Source: a virus (taxonomy: Duplodnaviria; Caudoviricetes). Taken from it: 64,000 nucleotides of DNA. The position numbers and the translations under genes are program-made. Positions 36,446-48,077 of the stretch are shown in pieces. Under the pieces are notes generated by a model. The model was not told where the DNA came from and searched no databases. It saw only the letters and a list, made by a program, of their open reading frames with translations. Location of the stretch: positions 6,998 to 70,997 of IMG/VR virus record IMGVR_UViG_3300017565_000020; one strand, given 5' to 3'. Each line of letters starts with the position of its first letter. The stretch's first letter is position 1.

Positions 36446-37783
36446 ATGATCACCCAGGATGATATAGTTTTGAAATTTTATGCTGACAGCAAAGCGGACA
36501 GGTTCATCTTTACCGATGCTACCCCTTATACTGTTAAGCTATCTAACGGAGATACCGTATTTGGCAATATCAAAATCATATCGCCCTTGGGAACGATAAT
36601 TTATCAAAACACCGATTTTTCATCCGGGCTGGCCGATGTTAACGTGATTATCGGCACCAGTGTTTCAGTTACAAAAAATACGGAGACTGCCATACCCAAA
36701 GCCGGGAACGGCAGTTTCCTTAACGGAACCTACCAGGTAGAATATACGGTAGTTGTTACGCCAGATGGCGGAAGTTCTGTTACCTACCAGCTATCCAAAT
36801 CATTTTACCTGAAGTTCAATCCGATATCCGGAAGCGTGAATATCACCTACGATTATTTTAAGCGAAAGGTAAAAACACTGGATACCACATTGTACCCGGA
36901 ACATGCTGATATTGAAAGCCGGGTTTTAACCCTAAAATTCCCATACACCTCGAACCGGGAAGATATAACAGCCGGGAATACCGGTATTGAAGCCACAAGT
37001 ATTGTAGCAGGAGATTATATCAGCACGCTGCTGACCACGTATACCGATGAAACAGAACCCAATGTATTTATCAGGTATGAGATAAAAGCTGAGGATGCAC
37101 TTAATGTAAGTAATAAGTATAATTTCTGTCGTATTGAAAAGGCGTTGCTGAAATTTCTGAAGCAATATAAAGCACAGGCGTCTGCCAGCGGCGGAGCAAG
37201 TCTTGAAATGACCGATAAGGCCAATGGAGTGATGCTTCATTTCTCCGGACTTGTGCTAAGCCAGTCCTGTTCAAACTCAACCGACTTTGTTTATCATTTT
37301 GATGCCCTGTATAAGTTATTAGGCTTAGACTGCAACTGCCCTGATGAGATAGTTAAAGATACCTATACCGATGATGTGTACAATGGCGATTTTCCAATAA
37401 ATTTTGTTGACACCGTTGATATTAATTTTTCTGTAGCCGGCAATTCCGTATCCGCATTTTTAGCTGAAAACGGGGTAACCGCCGGAACCTACGGCATGGA
37501 TGGTTATTACTGCACCATTACCGTGGATGCTACGGGGCGAATTACATCTATCAGCCAGCATCCCGTTCCGGAGGGTCCGCAGGGAGAACAGGGAGAACAA
37601 GGCGAACAGGGACCTGCCGGACCACAAGGCGAACAGGGTGAAACTGGCGCTACCGGTCCGCAGGGCGAGCAAGGCGAGCAAGGCGAACAAGGTCCCGCCG
37701 GAAGAAGTATACAGGTATTTGTGCAGGAAACTGAACCTACAGGAGGCACTTATTACAATGGCGATGTTTGGATAACTCCATAA
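36446..37783 (+). CDS. Structural or fibre protein with a collagen-like repeat
   Basis: [19 protein letters not shown] fibre motif; (GPQ/GEQ)n at about 37570-37700. Confidence 0.75.
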   Translation: MITQDDIVLKFYADSKADRFIFTDATPYTVKLSNGDTVFGNIKIISPLGTIIYQNTDFSSGLADVNVIIGTSVSVTKNTETAIPKAGNGSFLNGTYQVEYTVVVTPDGGSSVTYQLSKSFYLKFNPISGSVNITYDYFKRKVKTLDTTLYPEHADIESRVLTLKFPYTSNREDITAGNTGIEATSIVAGDYISTLLTTYTDETEPNVFIRYEIKAEDALNVSNKYNFCRIEKALLKFLKQYKAQASASGGASLEMTDKANGVMLHFSGLVLSQSCSNSTDFVYHFDALYKLLGLDCNCPDEIVKDTYTDDVYNGDFPINFVDTVDINFSVAGNSVSAFLAENGVTAGTYGMDGYYCTITVDATGRITSISQHPVPEGPQGEQGEQGEQGPAGPQGEQGETGATGPQGEQGEQGEQGPAGRSIQVFVQETEPTGGTYYNGDVWITP

Positions 37784-37787
37784 AATA

Positions 37788-38459
37788 ATGGGCAAGCTCA
37801 ATATTCGATATGGCAACCGGTTTTACGACGCATGTGTAAATCCCATGTCTTTTTACAAAGACGGGGCGTGGCATTCGTTAAAAGACGGTGATCATATTTT
37901 TTTTAACGGAGAGTGGCAGGAATTAACCTGCAATACCATTATCCTGAACCCGTTTGATTATGCCGTATTAAGTTACCAGTTAATGCCGGGCGGAGGACAG
38001 GACCTCGACACCTTTACGGGGATGTATGACAATGGAACCATCTATGATAACACGTACGTAGGTTTCGGGCAGGGCAGCAAAATCCCCAATAATTCCACTA
38101 ATCCATTTCTGACATGGGGAGGAGACAATACCTCAAATAACGGTGTAGAATCCGTACTGGTAAATTTCAACGCTATTTCGGAGGAGTTTCCCGATTTGGA
38201 AACCATTAAAATACGCATGAATGCCGTTTGGTATTCATCAAAGGGAACGGGTGACATACAGGTAGCGCTAAAGACCTACCTGGGCGGCACTATGCAGCAA
38301 AATGGATATGATTTTGTCAATATCGGCGGTGACATTGTAGACAACTTTACCATTTACAGGAACGTGCAGGTACAATCGCACAACGCTAATATCAATCAAT
38401 CCAGCAATGTTGGAAATGTAACGTATGATGTTGAAACCAAACAAGCCATGCTCATCTAA
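37788..38459 (+). CDS. Putative tail or fibre-associated protein
   Basis: Beta-rich; DLDT..WGGDN motif; between fibre genes. Confidence 0.55.
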   Translation: MGKLNIRYGNRFYDACVNPMSFYKDGAWHSLKDGDHIFFNGEWQELTCNTIILNPFDYAVLSYQLMPGGGQDLDTFTGMYDNGTIYDNTYVGFGQGSKIPNNSTNPFLTWGGDNTSNNGVESVLVNFNAISEEFPDLETIKIRMNAVWYSSKGTGDIQVALKTYLGGTMQQNGYDFVNIGGDIVDNFTIYRNVQVQSHNANINQSSNVGNVTYDVETKQAMLI

Positions 38460-40366
38460 TGGTATTACGAGGAATAGGATATATTGACACTAAAGACGTT
38501 TCGAGCCTGATAACTCCCGAGTTATTTGTGGGTGAGGACTACGACCGGGTAGTGCTTACGTCTGTTATCGACTTGTCGTCTACTAATATGCATACGGTAT
38601 ACCATGTTCCGAGCGGCAGGTATTTATTTTCATCGAATAACAAATCCGTAAATCCATTCAAGGCACTTGGAAACAACCAGTTTGAATTTCAAATACCCAA
38701 GCGTTATGCCGGAATTTCTACCGGAGATCAGATATGGGTGCGGATAAAAGTAACTTCCAAACAGGAGTATGAATGGCTGCTGGAGCGAATACGCATTGCA
38801 TTAATTACTATTGGTGCACCCGGAAGTCCGCTGGGATTGCTTATTACGAATACCGTTTTAAATCCAGACAGTTCCTTAACTTTCACCTATTCCGACAGTT
38901 CGACCTTTACTACGATACCACTGAAAGGCGCTACCGGTTCACAAGGGCCAAAAGGCGACCAGGGAATACAAGGCCCGCAGGGAGAAATTGGTGAAAAAGG
39001 AGACAAAGGCGATAAAGGAGACAAGGGTGACACCGGCAGCCAGGGGACACAAGGACCGGCAGGTCCGCAAGGCATACCCGGCCCAACAGGAGCAACCGGA
39101 CCCGCAGGTCCGCAGGGTCCAACAGGACCGTCTGGTCCGCAGGGCGTACAGGGGCCCGCAGGTCCGGCAGGACCACAGGGAGTGCAAGGGCCTAAAGGAG
39201 ATAAAGGCGACGCCGGAGATAAAGGACCTGAGGGACCTATAGGCCCGGCAGGTCCTCCGGGATTAAAAGGACAGCAGGGGGATAAAGGAGATACCGGTGC
39301 ACAGGGTCCTGCCGGACCGATGGGGCCACAGGGAGAAAAAGGGGATAACGGCGGTATCGAGTTTTATAACAGTACATCGGAGCCCACACCAGAAGACGGG
39401 GATGACGATGATATGTGGCTTAAAACATCGGAAACCGAAGCGGTGCTCTACAAAAAAGTGGAAGGCGAATGGCAAACTGTTTATACATTTTCAAACAATC
39501 CCGGAACGCCGGCCGATCATATTTCTACCGAGAGCATTGGCAGCATACATCCCGGCGATACCTACACTGTAGGAACCGTAGAAGCAAATTCGGCTACCCT
39601 TATAGCCATGCTAACAAATACGTATACCCCCACCTTCGTACTCCCCACGTTCAGCCTGAGCCAAAATGCCGGCAGCTTGCGTGAAATAGGGCAGCGTGTT
39701 GATGTTGGATTAACGTTCAACTTTAACCGGGGGCAGATAAAAGGCGCTTTAGTAGACGGAATATGGAACCCGAACGCGGTACAGGATTCACGGGCAGGGG
39801 AGGCGACTGATTATACCTTTATCGGACTTGGCGAAGAAGGGGCAGACGTTGTGCAACCCGGAAATACCTTTACCGTTGAGGATTATGAGTGCGTTCAGGG
39901 GCTGAATACATTTACTGCAAAGGTGAGCTATGATGAAGGTCCACAACCTAAGAACAGCGAGAACGAGGATTTCGACAGTCCATACCCGGACGGGACTTCT
40001 GCTAACCAGTCGGCCAGCTTTGAGGGAGTTTACCCCTTATTTGCAGCTACTTCTGATATTGAAACCGCTACCAAACAGGCTTTGGTGAGCATGATTACTG
40101 GGAATAACATCCAGTTTAACCTGGTAGCTGAAACCGGGGGCAATAAACAGTTTTTTGATGTGCCTGACGCGTGGTTGGAGGAAAGGGAATTGACCAGTAT
40201 TCAATACTTCAACCCGGTATCCGGGCAATGGGACACTACCAACCGTTTAAGCGATTTTACACCAAGCAGTGTAACTCAAACCATACAAGGAAATTTAGTT
40301 GACTATACCCGGAATACTTATAACGGCATAGACAGAGGTTCGGTACTTATCAGATTAATATTCTAA
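38459..40366 (+). CDS. Collagen-repeat fibre protein
   Basis: About 47 G-X-Y triplets at about 38930-39350. Confidence 0.85.
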   Translation: MVLRGIGYIDTKDVSSLITPELFVGEDYDRVVLTSVIDLSSTNMHTVYHVPSGRYLFSSNNKSVNPFKALGNNQFEFQIPKRYAGISTGDQIWVRIKVTSKQEYEWLLERIRIALITIGAPGSPLGLLITNTVLNPDSSLTFTYSDSSTFTTIPLKGATGSQGPKGDQGIQGPQGEIGEKGDKGDKGDKGDTGSQGTQGPAGPQGIPGPTGATGPAGPQGPTGPSGPQGVQGPAGPAGPQGVQGPKGDKGDAGDKGPEGPIGPAGPPGLKGQQGDKGDTGAQGPAGPMGPQGEKGDNGGIEFYNSTSEPTPEDGDDDDMWLKTSETEAVLYKKVEGEWQTVYTFSNNPGTPADHISTESIGSIHPGDTYTVGTVEANSATLIAMLTNTYTPTFVLPTFSLSQNAGSLREIGQRVDVGLTFNFNRGQIKGALVDGIWNPNAVQDSRAGEATDYTFIGLGEEGADVVQPGNTFTVEDYECVQGLNTFTAKVSYDEGPQPKNSENEDFDSPYPDGTSANQSASFEGVYPLFAATSDIETATKQALVSMITGNNIQFNLVAETGGNKQFFDVPDAWLEERELTSIQYFNPVSGQWDTTNRLSDFTPSSVTQTIQGNLVDYTRNTYNGIDRGSVLIRLIF

Positions 40367-42822
40367 TGACAGCACAAAAGGGAGATATTGATTTTTCATT
40401 CGCTTTTGAAACCAGGAAGAAACAACTTCTGGATGCGAAGATGTATGCAGAGAATTATGCTGATTTATTTACCTATACAACAGACCGCTATCTGTTTAAG
40501 ATGCCTGTTTTTGTTGCCGGACTTGATGATCCGTCGAAGCAGGGATGGTGGCTGTTATTAGATCCGGAACACCCAGAACTTGAATCCTCATGGAGTGCCG
40601 GTAATCAACCTGTGCCATTTAACCAGGTAATACAAATAGGGAGCTATTCTTACGATGAAGAAAGCTATGTAGCCACAATGGGAGCTACCTTAGACTGGAT
40701 ATTCAACGAGAATGGTGTAAACATAGCTGTTGGAGAAGAAGATGTACAATTAGAGGCTCCGGATGATACTTATCCACGTGCTGACCTGATTGTTTGGTCG
40801 AGTTCAAACGGATACGAAGTTGTAAAAGGTGATGCTGCCGAAGACTTTGTAATACCGAACACTCCGGTAGGAACTATACTTGCAAGAACTATTATTAGAA
40901 ATGTAGATGGTAGCACCGACCCGATAGACCCGCCAGATTTATCGGCTTATGCTAAAAATGAGGATGTTGTTCATAAAACAGGAAATCTGGCTGAAAATAT
41001 TACAGGAATTAAAACATTCTTTAATACACCACATCTAAAATCAGGAATTACTAATAGTTCTGATTATGTATTTCTTTCTATATCTGGATTTTTAGGAGCT
41101 ATTCAAAAACCAGATTCTCCTCTTACAGGAAATAGACAATGGAAATTTCAAGATAAAGGAGGAATTATAGCTCTTACGTCTGATATAACATCAGCTCTTA
41201 CAAGTTATCAATTATTATCAGAAAAGAATGAAAATAATGGATACGCCGGTCTTGATGCGGGTGGTAAGATTCCATTTTCTCTTCTTCCTGCCACTTTATT
41301 AATATATAAAGGAGTATGGGATGCTTCTACTAATACCCCTGAACTGGAAGATGGTACGGGTACTCCAGGAGATATGTACAGAGTTACGGGAGCTCCTACG
41401 CCAGTTAACCATGACTTTGGTTCAGGTGATATAGAAGTTACTAATGGAGATTACCTAATTTATAACTCAGATAATAAATGGGAAAAATCTGATGGTACCG
41501 ATGCTGTAACATCTGTTAATGGACAACAAGGCACAGTTACTTTAGATACTGATGATATAGAAGAAGGTTCTACAAATCTCTACTATACTGATGACAGAGT
41601 ACAAACAATAGGAGATGCAAGATATGTAAGGTTATCTCCTCCAAGCACCCAGACTGGCAATATCCATGTATCAGGATATATACAATCCAATGGAGCAATG
41701 ATAGCAGGTGGAGACTTAACAAACAATGCATCTACTTCTGTTTCTGGCGAATATTATTTTCTGGTTAAACAAACCGCTGACAATAAGTTTAGAAGCATAT
41801 CAGGAGTTCCATTTGCAAAATTAAGCGGTACACCAACAGATAACGATGCTTTAGCAAGCGTTTTGGACACAAAAGCTGATTTAGTTGGTGGTGTTATACC
41901 AGCAAATCAATTACCAGGATTTGTTGATGATGTCTTGGAAGGCACTTATATTGATTCCACCACCTTTAATGACCCTGATGATAACCCATACACCCCAGAA
42001 GCAGGAAAAGTTTATGTTGATACCATAACCAATAAAACCTATCGTTGGAGCGGAAGCGCCTATATTATGATAGGTAGCGACCTTGCTTTAGGAGAAACAT
42101 CAGCAACAGCCTACCGAGGTGACAGGGGTAAGACAGCTTATGACCATAGCCAAACAACAGGTAATCCGCATAATACTGCTATTGGTGATATTAGTGGGTT
42201 GCAATCTGCAATAGATGCTAAACTCACAGGCACACTTGCCGCAGATGCAGATCTGCAAACTCAAACAACACCGAGCGAGGACAGCAAGTTTGTAAGTCGT
42301 CACGGGTTAATCTATTTCTGGAACTGGCTGAAAACGCAAACAGTCAACATCGCAGCATCATGGAGCTTTACAAAGGGTTTATTCGGCACTACAACCGCCA
42401 AGAATGCCCATATTACCGTAGCGGCCTCAACATCGACTACAGCACAGATAAACTTAGCGCCCGGTGCGGAGTATATCGGCAATGAAAGTGGAGCAATTAA
42501 TAACGTTGGGGGTGAATTAAAGTTCTATGATGGCACAGGTGCAAACCGGATTCTAAAGGCATTATCAAATGCTGTACTGGCCGGTTCTACAAACAGATCA
42601 GTAAGCGTAAATGCCTCTGGAGATATAAGTGCCAACGATGAAGAGATAGAAGGCTTCGTGATGGATACCGATGTGATAGATGCTATTACCGGAGCTACTT
42701 ATACCAGTGACCGGGCTACCATTACACCAGATGATGACAAGGTAATGCATCTCGGACAAATGTATGATGATGGTACCTATACCTATTTAGCCATAGGTGA
42801 TAACGAAGTAAGGAGATGGTAA
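40366..42822 (+). CDS. Tail fibre protein (mosaic)
   Basis: YAGLDAGGKIP, VTSVNGQQGTVTL, GETSATAYRGDRGK and HNTAIGDISGLQSAID fibre motifs. Confidence 0.8.
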   Translation: MTAQKGDIDFSFAFETRKKQLLDAKMYAENYADLFTYTTDRYLFKMPVFVAGLDDPSKQGWWLLLDPEHPELESSWSAGNQPVPFNQVIQIGSYSYDEESYVATMGATLDWIFNENGVNIAVGEEDVQLEAPDDTYPRADLIVWSSSNGYEVVKGDAAEDFVIPNTPVGTILARTIIRNVDGSTDPIDPPDLSAYAKNEDVVHKTGNLAENITGIKTFFNTPHLKSGITNSSDYVFLSISGFLGAIQKPDSPLTGNRQWKFQDKGGIIALTSDITSALTSYQLLSEKNENNGYAGLDAGGKIPFSLLPATLLIYKGVWDASTNTPELEDGTGTPGDMYRVTGAPTPVNHDFGSGDIEVTNGDYLIYNSDNKWEKSDGTDAVTSVNGQQGTVTLDTDDIEEGSTNLYYTDDRVQTIGDARYVRLSPPSTQTGNIHVSGYIQSNGAMIAGGDLTNNASTSVSGEYYFLVKQTADNKFRSISGVPFAKLSGTPTDNDALASVLDTKADLVGGVIPANQLPGFVDDVLEGTYIDSTTFNDPDDNPYTPEAGKVYVDTITNKTYRWSGSAYIMIGSDLALGETSATAYRGDRGKTAYDHSQTTGNPHNTAIGDISGLQSAIDAKLTGTLAADADLQTQTTPSEDSKFVSRHGLIYFWNWLKTQTVNIAASWSFTKGLFGTTTAKNAHITVAASTSTTAQINLAPGAEYIGNESGAINNVGGELKFYDGTGANRILKALSNAVLAGSTNRSVSVNASGDISANDEEIEGFVMDTDVIDAITGATYTSDRATITPDDDKVMHLGQMYDDGTYTYLAIGDNEVRRW

Positions 42823-42823
42823 G

Positions 42824-43597
42824 ATGAGCAGAATATATCTTTCAAAACGGGCTAAAGACTTTATCGATGCCGCCGATGACAGCGGAAATATCCGCAATGA
42901 CAGAAAAGGGTTGCTATATGTAAATGCCATTGACAACGCCTGTAAGGTAGCAGGAATTACTACAGGTGCTGTTTATCTATTTGCTGGAAAAGATACTGGT
43001 GATTTAAGTATTAGTCATAAGTTTAATTTTCTTGACCTCATAGATTCAGATAGTGCTTTTAGGATGACATTCCCTAATGGTGTGACTTATAATAATTTAG
43101 GAGTTAAATTTAGTACGTCGCAATATGGAGATACAAAATTAGTACCATATACAGATTTAGAAGATAGTAATATTTCTTTATCCTTTTATAGAACTGTTGC
43201 TTCTCAAAACTCGGGTGGAGATGATTTGAGAAGTGGCTTTGGCAATAATATATTACTTAGGGGTCAAAGAACAACACTACCTGGAGGAATTAATACACAA
43301 ATTAATTACGTGGGGCACGATAATGTTGGATTTATATTATCATCAAAAACAGCCACTGAATTTTTTGCAATATGTAAAAATATAGTCAACACAACAGCTC
43401 TAAGTAATCCTCAAGTTACCAGGTTGCTATATTCGTTTTATTTAGGAGCATGTAATGACGGTCAAAACCATACTGTTTTAAACTTCACAGGTGCTGGTTA
43501 TGGATTTTGCCATATATCCACAGGAATGTCAAGCCAACAAGCAATAGCATTTTCACATCTAATAACAGCCGCTCAACGGGCATACAGGGGAGTATAA
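42824..43597 (+). CDS. Putative receptor-binding or lectin-like protein, paralog A
   Basis: Shares DFIDAA, DSAFRMTF and SQQAI.SH with the next gene. Confidence 0.55.
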   Translation: MSRIYLSKRAKDFIDAADDSGNIRNDRKGLLYVNAIDNACKVAGITTGAVYLFAGKDTGDLSISHKFNFLDLIDSDSAFRMTFPNGVTYNNLGVKFSTSQYGDTKLVPYTDLEDSNISLSFYRTVASQNSGGDDLRSGFGNNILLRGQRTTLPGGINTQINYVGHDNVGFILSSKTATEFFAICKNIVNTTALSNPQVTRLLYSFYLGACNDGQNHTVLNFTGAGYGFCHISTGMSSQQAIAFSHLITAAQRAYRGV

Positions 43598-43599
43598 TA

Positions 43600-44421
43600 A
43601 TGATACTAACACATAACGGCAAGAAACTACGATACTTTGATAAAGACGCTATCAACTTCATTGATGCCGCTGGATTGAATGACGATGCCAACATCAACGG
43701 TGAAGGCAACTATACAGGTAAAGAAGCGAGGCTATATGTAGATGCTATTGTAAAAGCTTTTAAGTCTTGTGGGGCTTGGGATGGCACTAAGGCTATCTAT
43801 CCTTTTGTTGGCGGCAATACCAGTCAGCACATGCTTAATTTGAAAGATCCGAGAGATGATGATAGTGCTTTTAGAATGACATTTAGTGGAGGTTTAACAC
43901 ATGATAAGTATGGAATGACCGGTAATGGAATAAATGGAATAGCAAATACTCATTTAAAGGCAAATAGTTTTTCTGATTCATCTTATCATTTATCATTTTA
44001 TGGAGATAGAACAAAAACAGATGCGAATGATAGTAGATGTATGGGAGCAAACAAAGACCTATCACAAATGTGTATAGCTTTTCATAGACTAAATAGCTTT
44101 AGTACATTGGCATCATTATCTAATAATGTAAGCTTTACATTATCAAGTATAATTAAACAAACATCCTATTTAATTGGAAATGTATTATCTGGTAATACAG
44201 GACAATATAATGATGGTGTTTTTCAAGCAAGTTCATCAAACTATGCGATTAATTCTTTAGCAACAAATGATAATAATATAAATATTTTATCAACAGGTGG
44301 TTCAACATTTAGTACACAAACTACCAGATTTGCCTCTATAGGAAATGGATTAACTTCACAACAAGCTATTTACCTATCACATCATATAAGAGTTGCACAA
44401 GCAATTTTAAAACGTCAGTAA
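43600..44421 (+). CDS. Putative receptor-binding or lectin-like protein, paralog B
   Basis: AIYPFVGG, NLKDPRD, DSAFRMTF; likely ATG at 43600. Confidence 0.55.
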   Translation: MILTHNGKKLRYFDKDAINFIDAAGLNDDANINGEGNYTGKEARLYVDAIVKAFKSCGAWDGTKAIYPFVGGNTSQHMLNLKDPRDDDSAFRMTFSGGLTHDKYGMTGNGINGIANTHLKANSFSDSSYHLSFYGDRTKTDANDSRCMGANKDLSQMCIAFHRLNSFSTLASLSNNVSFTLSSIIKQTSYLIGNVLSGNTGQYNDGVFQASSSNYAINSLATNDNNINILSTGGSTFSTQTTRFASIGNGLTSQQAIYLSHHIRVAQAILKRQ

Positions 44422-44433
44422 ACCGGAAAAACT

Positions 44434-44742
44434 ATGGACGAAAGGAAAAAAATAACAGCCTGGGAAGATTTGCAATTCAAAGCAAAGGATTTGATACTAT
44501 TCTGTAGTTATCTGACTGCCGGGGTAATGTTTATTACTAAAATAACTTCGGCTATAGAGCGTCAGGGCGATAAAATAACGGATGTTCAGGCTCAAATTAT
44601 TGAACTGAAGAATGATGGCAAAGGCAGCACTAAAGATACACAGATATTCATGCAGTCGCTGCAAAATCAAATTAATGCCACATCAACACAGGTTAGGTTG
44701 CTTGACCAACGGGTAACGGTTTTAGAAAATAATAAAAAGTAG
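44434..44742 (+). CDS. Single-TM, coiled-coil lysis-region protein
   Basis: LILFCSYLTAGVMFI TM segment followed by a coiled coil. Confidence 0.55.
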   Translation: MDERKKITAWEDLQFKAKDLILFCSYLTAGVMFITKITSAIERQGDKITDVQAQIIELKNDGKGSTKDTQIFMQSLQNQINATSTQVRLLDQRVTVLENNKK

Positions 44743-44744
44743 TT

Positions 44745-45092
44745 ATGAAACACAAAACAGTAGTATTTATCAAAGAGTATTCGGCGCTTATTATGGCTGT
44801 GCTGACATTCTTTATATCTCCGTACATCCTGCGAATATTCGACCCTACAGCGGGGGCGTACGATGCGGGCGTCCTGCAAATCATCGTTGTTACATTAGTA
44901 ATGTATGCCGTTTTTCAGGCGGTGACCTGGAGTGTAGTTAAAACCTTGTGGCCGGCCATCGGTCAGTATATGAAATACTTTTTCAATAACGATTTTAAAG
45001 AACTTCAACCATGGCAAAAAATCTGCTTATCGTTGTTTGTGTACTTTACCATTTTGGTATTACTTGTTTCGCTCAGCCGGGTAATACAGTAA
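44745..45092 (+). CDS. Holin-like membrane protein
   Basis: Three hydrophobic segments; upstream of the endolysin. Confidence 0.6.
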   Translation: MKHKTVVFIKEYSALIMAVLTFFISPYILRIFDPTAGAYDAGVLQIIVVTLVMYAVFQAVTWSVVKTLWPAIGQYMKYFFNNDFKELQPWQKICLSLFVYFTILVLLVSLSRVIQ

Positions 45093-45541
45093 GGGCTAAA
45101 GTACAGCACACGTATTATTCACAGGTCGGCATACGTGAGAAAACCGGCCATAATGACGGCGTTGAAGTTGAGCGATACTTATCGTATGTATGGCTTAAAA
45201 AAGGCAACCCCTGGTGTGCCGCTTTCGTCTCGTGGACGTTTGGGCAAAACGGAATAAAAAAAGCTCGCAGCGGCGGATGTGTTCAGCTTATGGAGCAAGG
45301 CCGGACCATTTACAAATCCGGCAAGCAAACACTGGAACCCCAACAGGCTGATGTGTTTTTTATATGGTTTAGCAACCTGAAGCGTGTTGCTCATACAGGA
45401 TTTGTCGATAAATGGTCTGATACCTGGGTAACCACTGTTGAGGGCAATACAAACGAGGCCGGTAGCCGTGAAGGTGACGGCGTTTATAAAAAGAAGCGAT
45501 TAAGGAGACAGATATATGCGGTATGTAGTTATATTAATTAG
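45011..45541 (+). CDS. CHAP-domain endolysin with a possible signal peptide
   Basis: PWCAAFVSW (Cys), VAHTGFV (His), TVEGNT; hydrophobic N-terminus ending CFAQ. Confidence 0.85.
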   Translation: MAKNLLIVVCVLYHFGITCFAQPGNTVRAKVQHTYYSQVGIREKTGHNDGVEVERYLSYVWLKKGNPWCAAFVSWTFGQNGIKKARSGGCVQLMEQGRTIYKSGKQTLEPQQADVFFIWFSNLKRVAHTGFVDKWSDTWVTTVEGNTNEAGSREGDGVYKKKRLRRQIYAVCSYIN

Positions 45542-46043
45542 CCTGGTATTGTTCAGCTGTGGTACTCGCAAAGCGGCCACAACAAAGGTATTGCAGGCGG
45601 TTGAGCTAAAATCCTCAACAGATATTAAAACCGATAGTGAGATTCAGGTCAAGAATGAGGTTGAGGATAAGGTTGAGCAGCAAAACGATATTCAGAAGAA
45701 GAATACCTTTACAACCGTAGAAGAAGAATTTGACCCGAAAACAGGTAATCTTACTAAGCGAAAAACCTCTACCGGCACAAAAAGCAAGTCGGATAACAGC
45801 AAAATAAGTGGCTCTAAGACCGTTAAATCGGATAGCAGTGCCAAGGTTAAGATTGAGGCTAAGGTTAAGGTGGATAGCACCGGGAAATCGCTCAATAAAA
45901 CCAAGCAGGTTGAAGCGGATAAGACGGTGGTTAATAATTTTGGCGGCAGAATCGTGCTTATTATACTATTCTCCATACTTATAGCGGGTATTCTAATTTA
46001 TGTATTAATAAAAACATTCATCATCAATAAAATCAAACCATGA
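45516..46043 (+). CDS. Spanin-like lipoprotein
   Basis: Lipobox LFSC near the N-terminus, C-terminal TM; follows the endolysin. Confidence 0.6.
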   Translation: MRYVVILISLVLFSCGTRKAATTKVLQAVELKSSTDIKTDSEIQVKNEVEDKVEQQNDIQKKNTFTTVEEEFDPKTGNLTKRKTSTGTKSKSDNSKISGSKTVKSDSSAKVKIEAKVKVDSTGKSLNKTKQVEADKTVVNNFGGRIVLIILFSILIAGILIYVLIKTFIINKIKP

Positions 46044-46708
46044 GAAATTTACCAGCAACAGGATTTATTGACACCGCGGTAGCCGGTAGCCAATGTTCAG
46101 CGTCACTTACTGTAGACAGCAACAGTTTTAAAGTGACCGTTACGTCAAATATCGAGCTTGACGAAAAAAATGAAATTATTGTTACACATGTATCTTCCGG
46201 TAAGAAGCTCAACCCGAGATTTACCAATTTTGAACGGTTGTCTGCTACTCAATTCAGGTACACCTTGCCTAAAAACCTTACCGGAATCAGTACGGGTAAC
46301 GCCATTGCGGTTAAAATAGCAATTAATCCCCACCAGGAAGTGGCTTACCTGCGTAAATGCCTTGAAGCCAATACCACAGGATTAGCCGGAAACACCACGT
46401 CATTGGGGGATAAAGCCAGTATTGCTGATGTGCAGAATGGCGCATTAAACTTTGCCGTGGCGGAAGGTACAGACACGTATACCGCCGACCTCGAACCGGA
46501 GATAACCGAGTACGCCACCGGTCAGCCTGTAACCATACAATTTACGAATGCCAATACCGGAGCCGCAACGCTCAACATGAATGACTTAGGCGCTAAAGCC
46601 ATTGTAAAGAATGGTTCTACCGCACTGGCTTCAGGAAATATAGCGGCAGGACAGGTAATGAACCTGGTGTATGATGGCACAAACTTCCAAATAGTAGGAA
46701 AGATTTAG
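46040..46708 (+). CDS. Structural protein sharing an N-terminal domain with 38459-40366
   Basis: GISTG motif region; C-terminal ANTGAATLN..LGAKAI..GNIAAGQ..YDGTNFQ fibre-like domain. Confidence 0.65.
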   Translation: MRNLPATGFIDTAVAGSQCSASLTVDSNSFKVTVTSNIELDEKNEIIVTHVSSGKKLNPRFTNFERLSATQFRYTLPKNLTGISTGNAIAVKIAINPHQEVAYLRKCLEANTTGLAGNTTSLGDKASIADVQNGALNFAVAEGTDTYTADLEPEITEYATGQPVTIQFTNANTGAATLNMNDLGAKAIVKNGSTALASGNIAAGQVMNLVYDGTNFQIVGKI

Positions 46709-46722
46709 TTATTTTAAATAGA

Positions 46723-46746
46723 TTTGTGTGCACACTTTGTGAAATT
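46723..46746 (+). promoter_or_regulatory. 24-bp motif, copy 3
   Basis: Exact TTTGTGTGCACACTTTGTGAAATT, 2 nt before ATG 46749. Confidence 0.75.
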
Positions 46747-46748
46747 AG

Positions 46749-47444
46749 ATGATTAGCGAAAAAGTACTTTACGACAAAGTCTGTCAGCTACTTAAAAAGC
46801 AATTTAAAGGTTTTTTAAACGGGGAGGACTTTACCAGATCTATACAGACGGCAGAACTGGAGGCTTTTGAGCATTTTGTAACGTACTTTGAGCGAACACA
46901 GCGTATTGCCGACGCCTTGCTGCCATTCATTGCCAGAGCTGATATACAATCCAGCCCTGGCGGTGAAGTCGTCCCGCCGTCAAACTACCGGCACCATATA
47001 CGCTTATCGCACAAAATCATTGTCAACACTACGGGAGAACCGCAGGTAAAGATTAGAAAAATACGCTATGCCGCTTCCAATCAGGTTGAAGATATGCTTG
47101 ACGATTATATCGACCGTCCTGATAAAACACGCGGGAAATACATCTATACCTATGAAAACGGGAAGATTCAACTATATGAAGCCGGTTCTATTTTAACGGT
47201 ATTGCGATATATCCGTACGCCGGTATTTGGTAAAATAGCATTTACGCTCAGCGAAACTGAAAACGGCATTACCTACACGCATGATGCTGAAAACTCGAAC
47301 GCGTTGGAATGGCCGGAACATGTGTACCCGCTGATTGAAAACCTGGTACTGGAGCAGTTTGGTGTGGAGACCAGGGAGCAAATTATACAACAGTATGCCA
47401 TGTTGGAAAAGCAGCAGTACATGGATATGGCTAAAATGAACTAA
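46749..47444 (+). CDS. Putative tail ring or adaptor protein 1
   Basis: First of three similar-sized ORFs before the large tail gene; YIRTP motif. Confidence 0.5.
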   Translation: MISEKVLYDKVCQLLKKQFKGFLNGEDFTRSIQTAELEAFEHFVTYFERTQRIADALLPFIARADIQSSPGGEVVPPSNYRHHIRLSHKIIVNTTGEPQVKIRKIRYAASNQVEDMLDDYIDRPDKTRGKYIYTYENGKIQLYEAGSILTVLRYIRTPVFGKIAFTLSETENGITYTHDAENSNALEWPEHVYPLIENLVLEQFGVETREQIIQQYAMLEKQQYMDMAKMN

Positions 47445-47446
47445 GC

Positions 47447-48076
47447 ATGAAAAAAGGTGAGCTACTCAGCCTGGTAACCCAAAAAATCAATGGAGGCATG
47501 ACCACGTCCGACAGTATTATTACCCCGGAGCGTGTAGAAGTTTATATGCCAGCGGCCGTGGGATACGTGATGCTTGTTCAGTACCGAAACCAGATACGTT
47601 TTGACGACACCCGTGACCTGCCGGAGGATTTTATCCTTCCGTACATTTTACCGGTAGCCAAAGACGAACTGGGGCATAAATACAGTACGTTCACTGTACG
47701 CCCGCTTTCTTTCCCGCAAAACAGGGGTATCCGGTTTGTGGGTCCCGAAGATTACAGCGATAAATATATTGTACAGTCTGAAGGAGCCATACACGCGTTT
47801 AAGTTTTACAATCAAACACTTGATGCCGGTATTGTGCGTGTGCGGCCAGAGGGAAACCGGCTTTATTTCCAGAATTTGCCGGACTCGGCAGAAAAGGTAA
47901 AGGTTAAAATAGTGCCCAATCCCATTGACCTGAACGAGGATGACGAACTGCCGTTGCCTGCCGGGTATGAAGTAGATGTGATGGATATTATGGAAAAGTT
48001 CTTTACTGGCGAAAAGGCTGTACCAAAAGATTTTATAGCTGACCAAAAGGATATTGTATCTGGTAATAAGGTTTAA
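47447..48076 (+). CDS. Putative tail ring or adaptor protein 2
   Basis: Size and position; ends DDELPLP. Confidence 0.5.
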   Translation: MKKGELLSLVTQKINGGMTTSDSIITPERVEVYMPAAVGYVMLVQYRNQIRFDDTRDLPEDFILPYILPVAKDELGHKYSTFTVRPLSFPQNRGIRFVGPEDYSDKYIVQSEGAIHAFKFYNQTLDAGIVRVRPEGNRLYFQNLPDSAEKVKVKIVPNPIDLNEDDELPLPAGYEVDVMDIMEKFFTGEKAVPKDFIADQKDIVSGNKV

Positions 48077-48077
48077 T

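Noticed and set aside
37460-39684. Reverse and alternate-frame ORFs over the collagen repeats (GPAGPCSPC...)
   Set aside because: Artefacts of G-X-Y codon periodicity.
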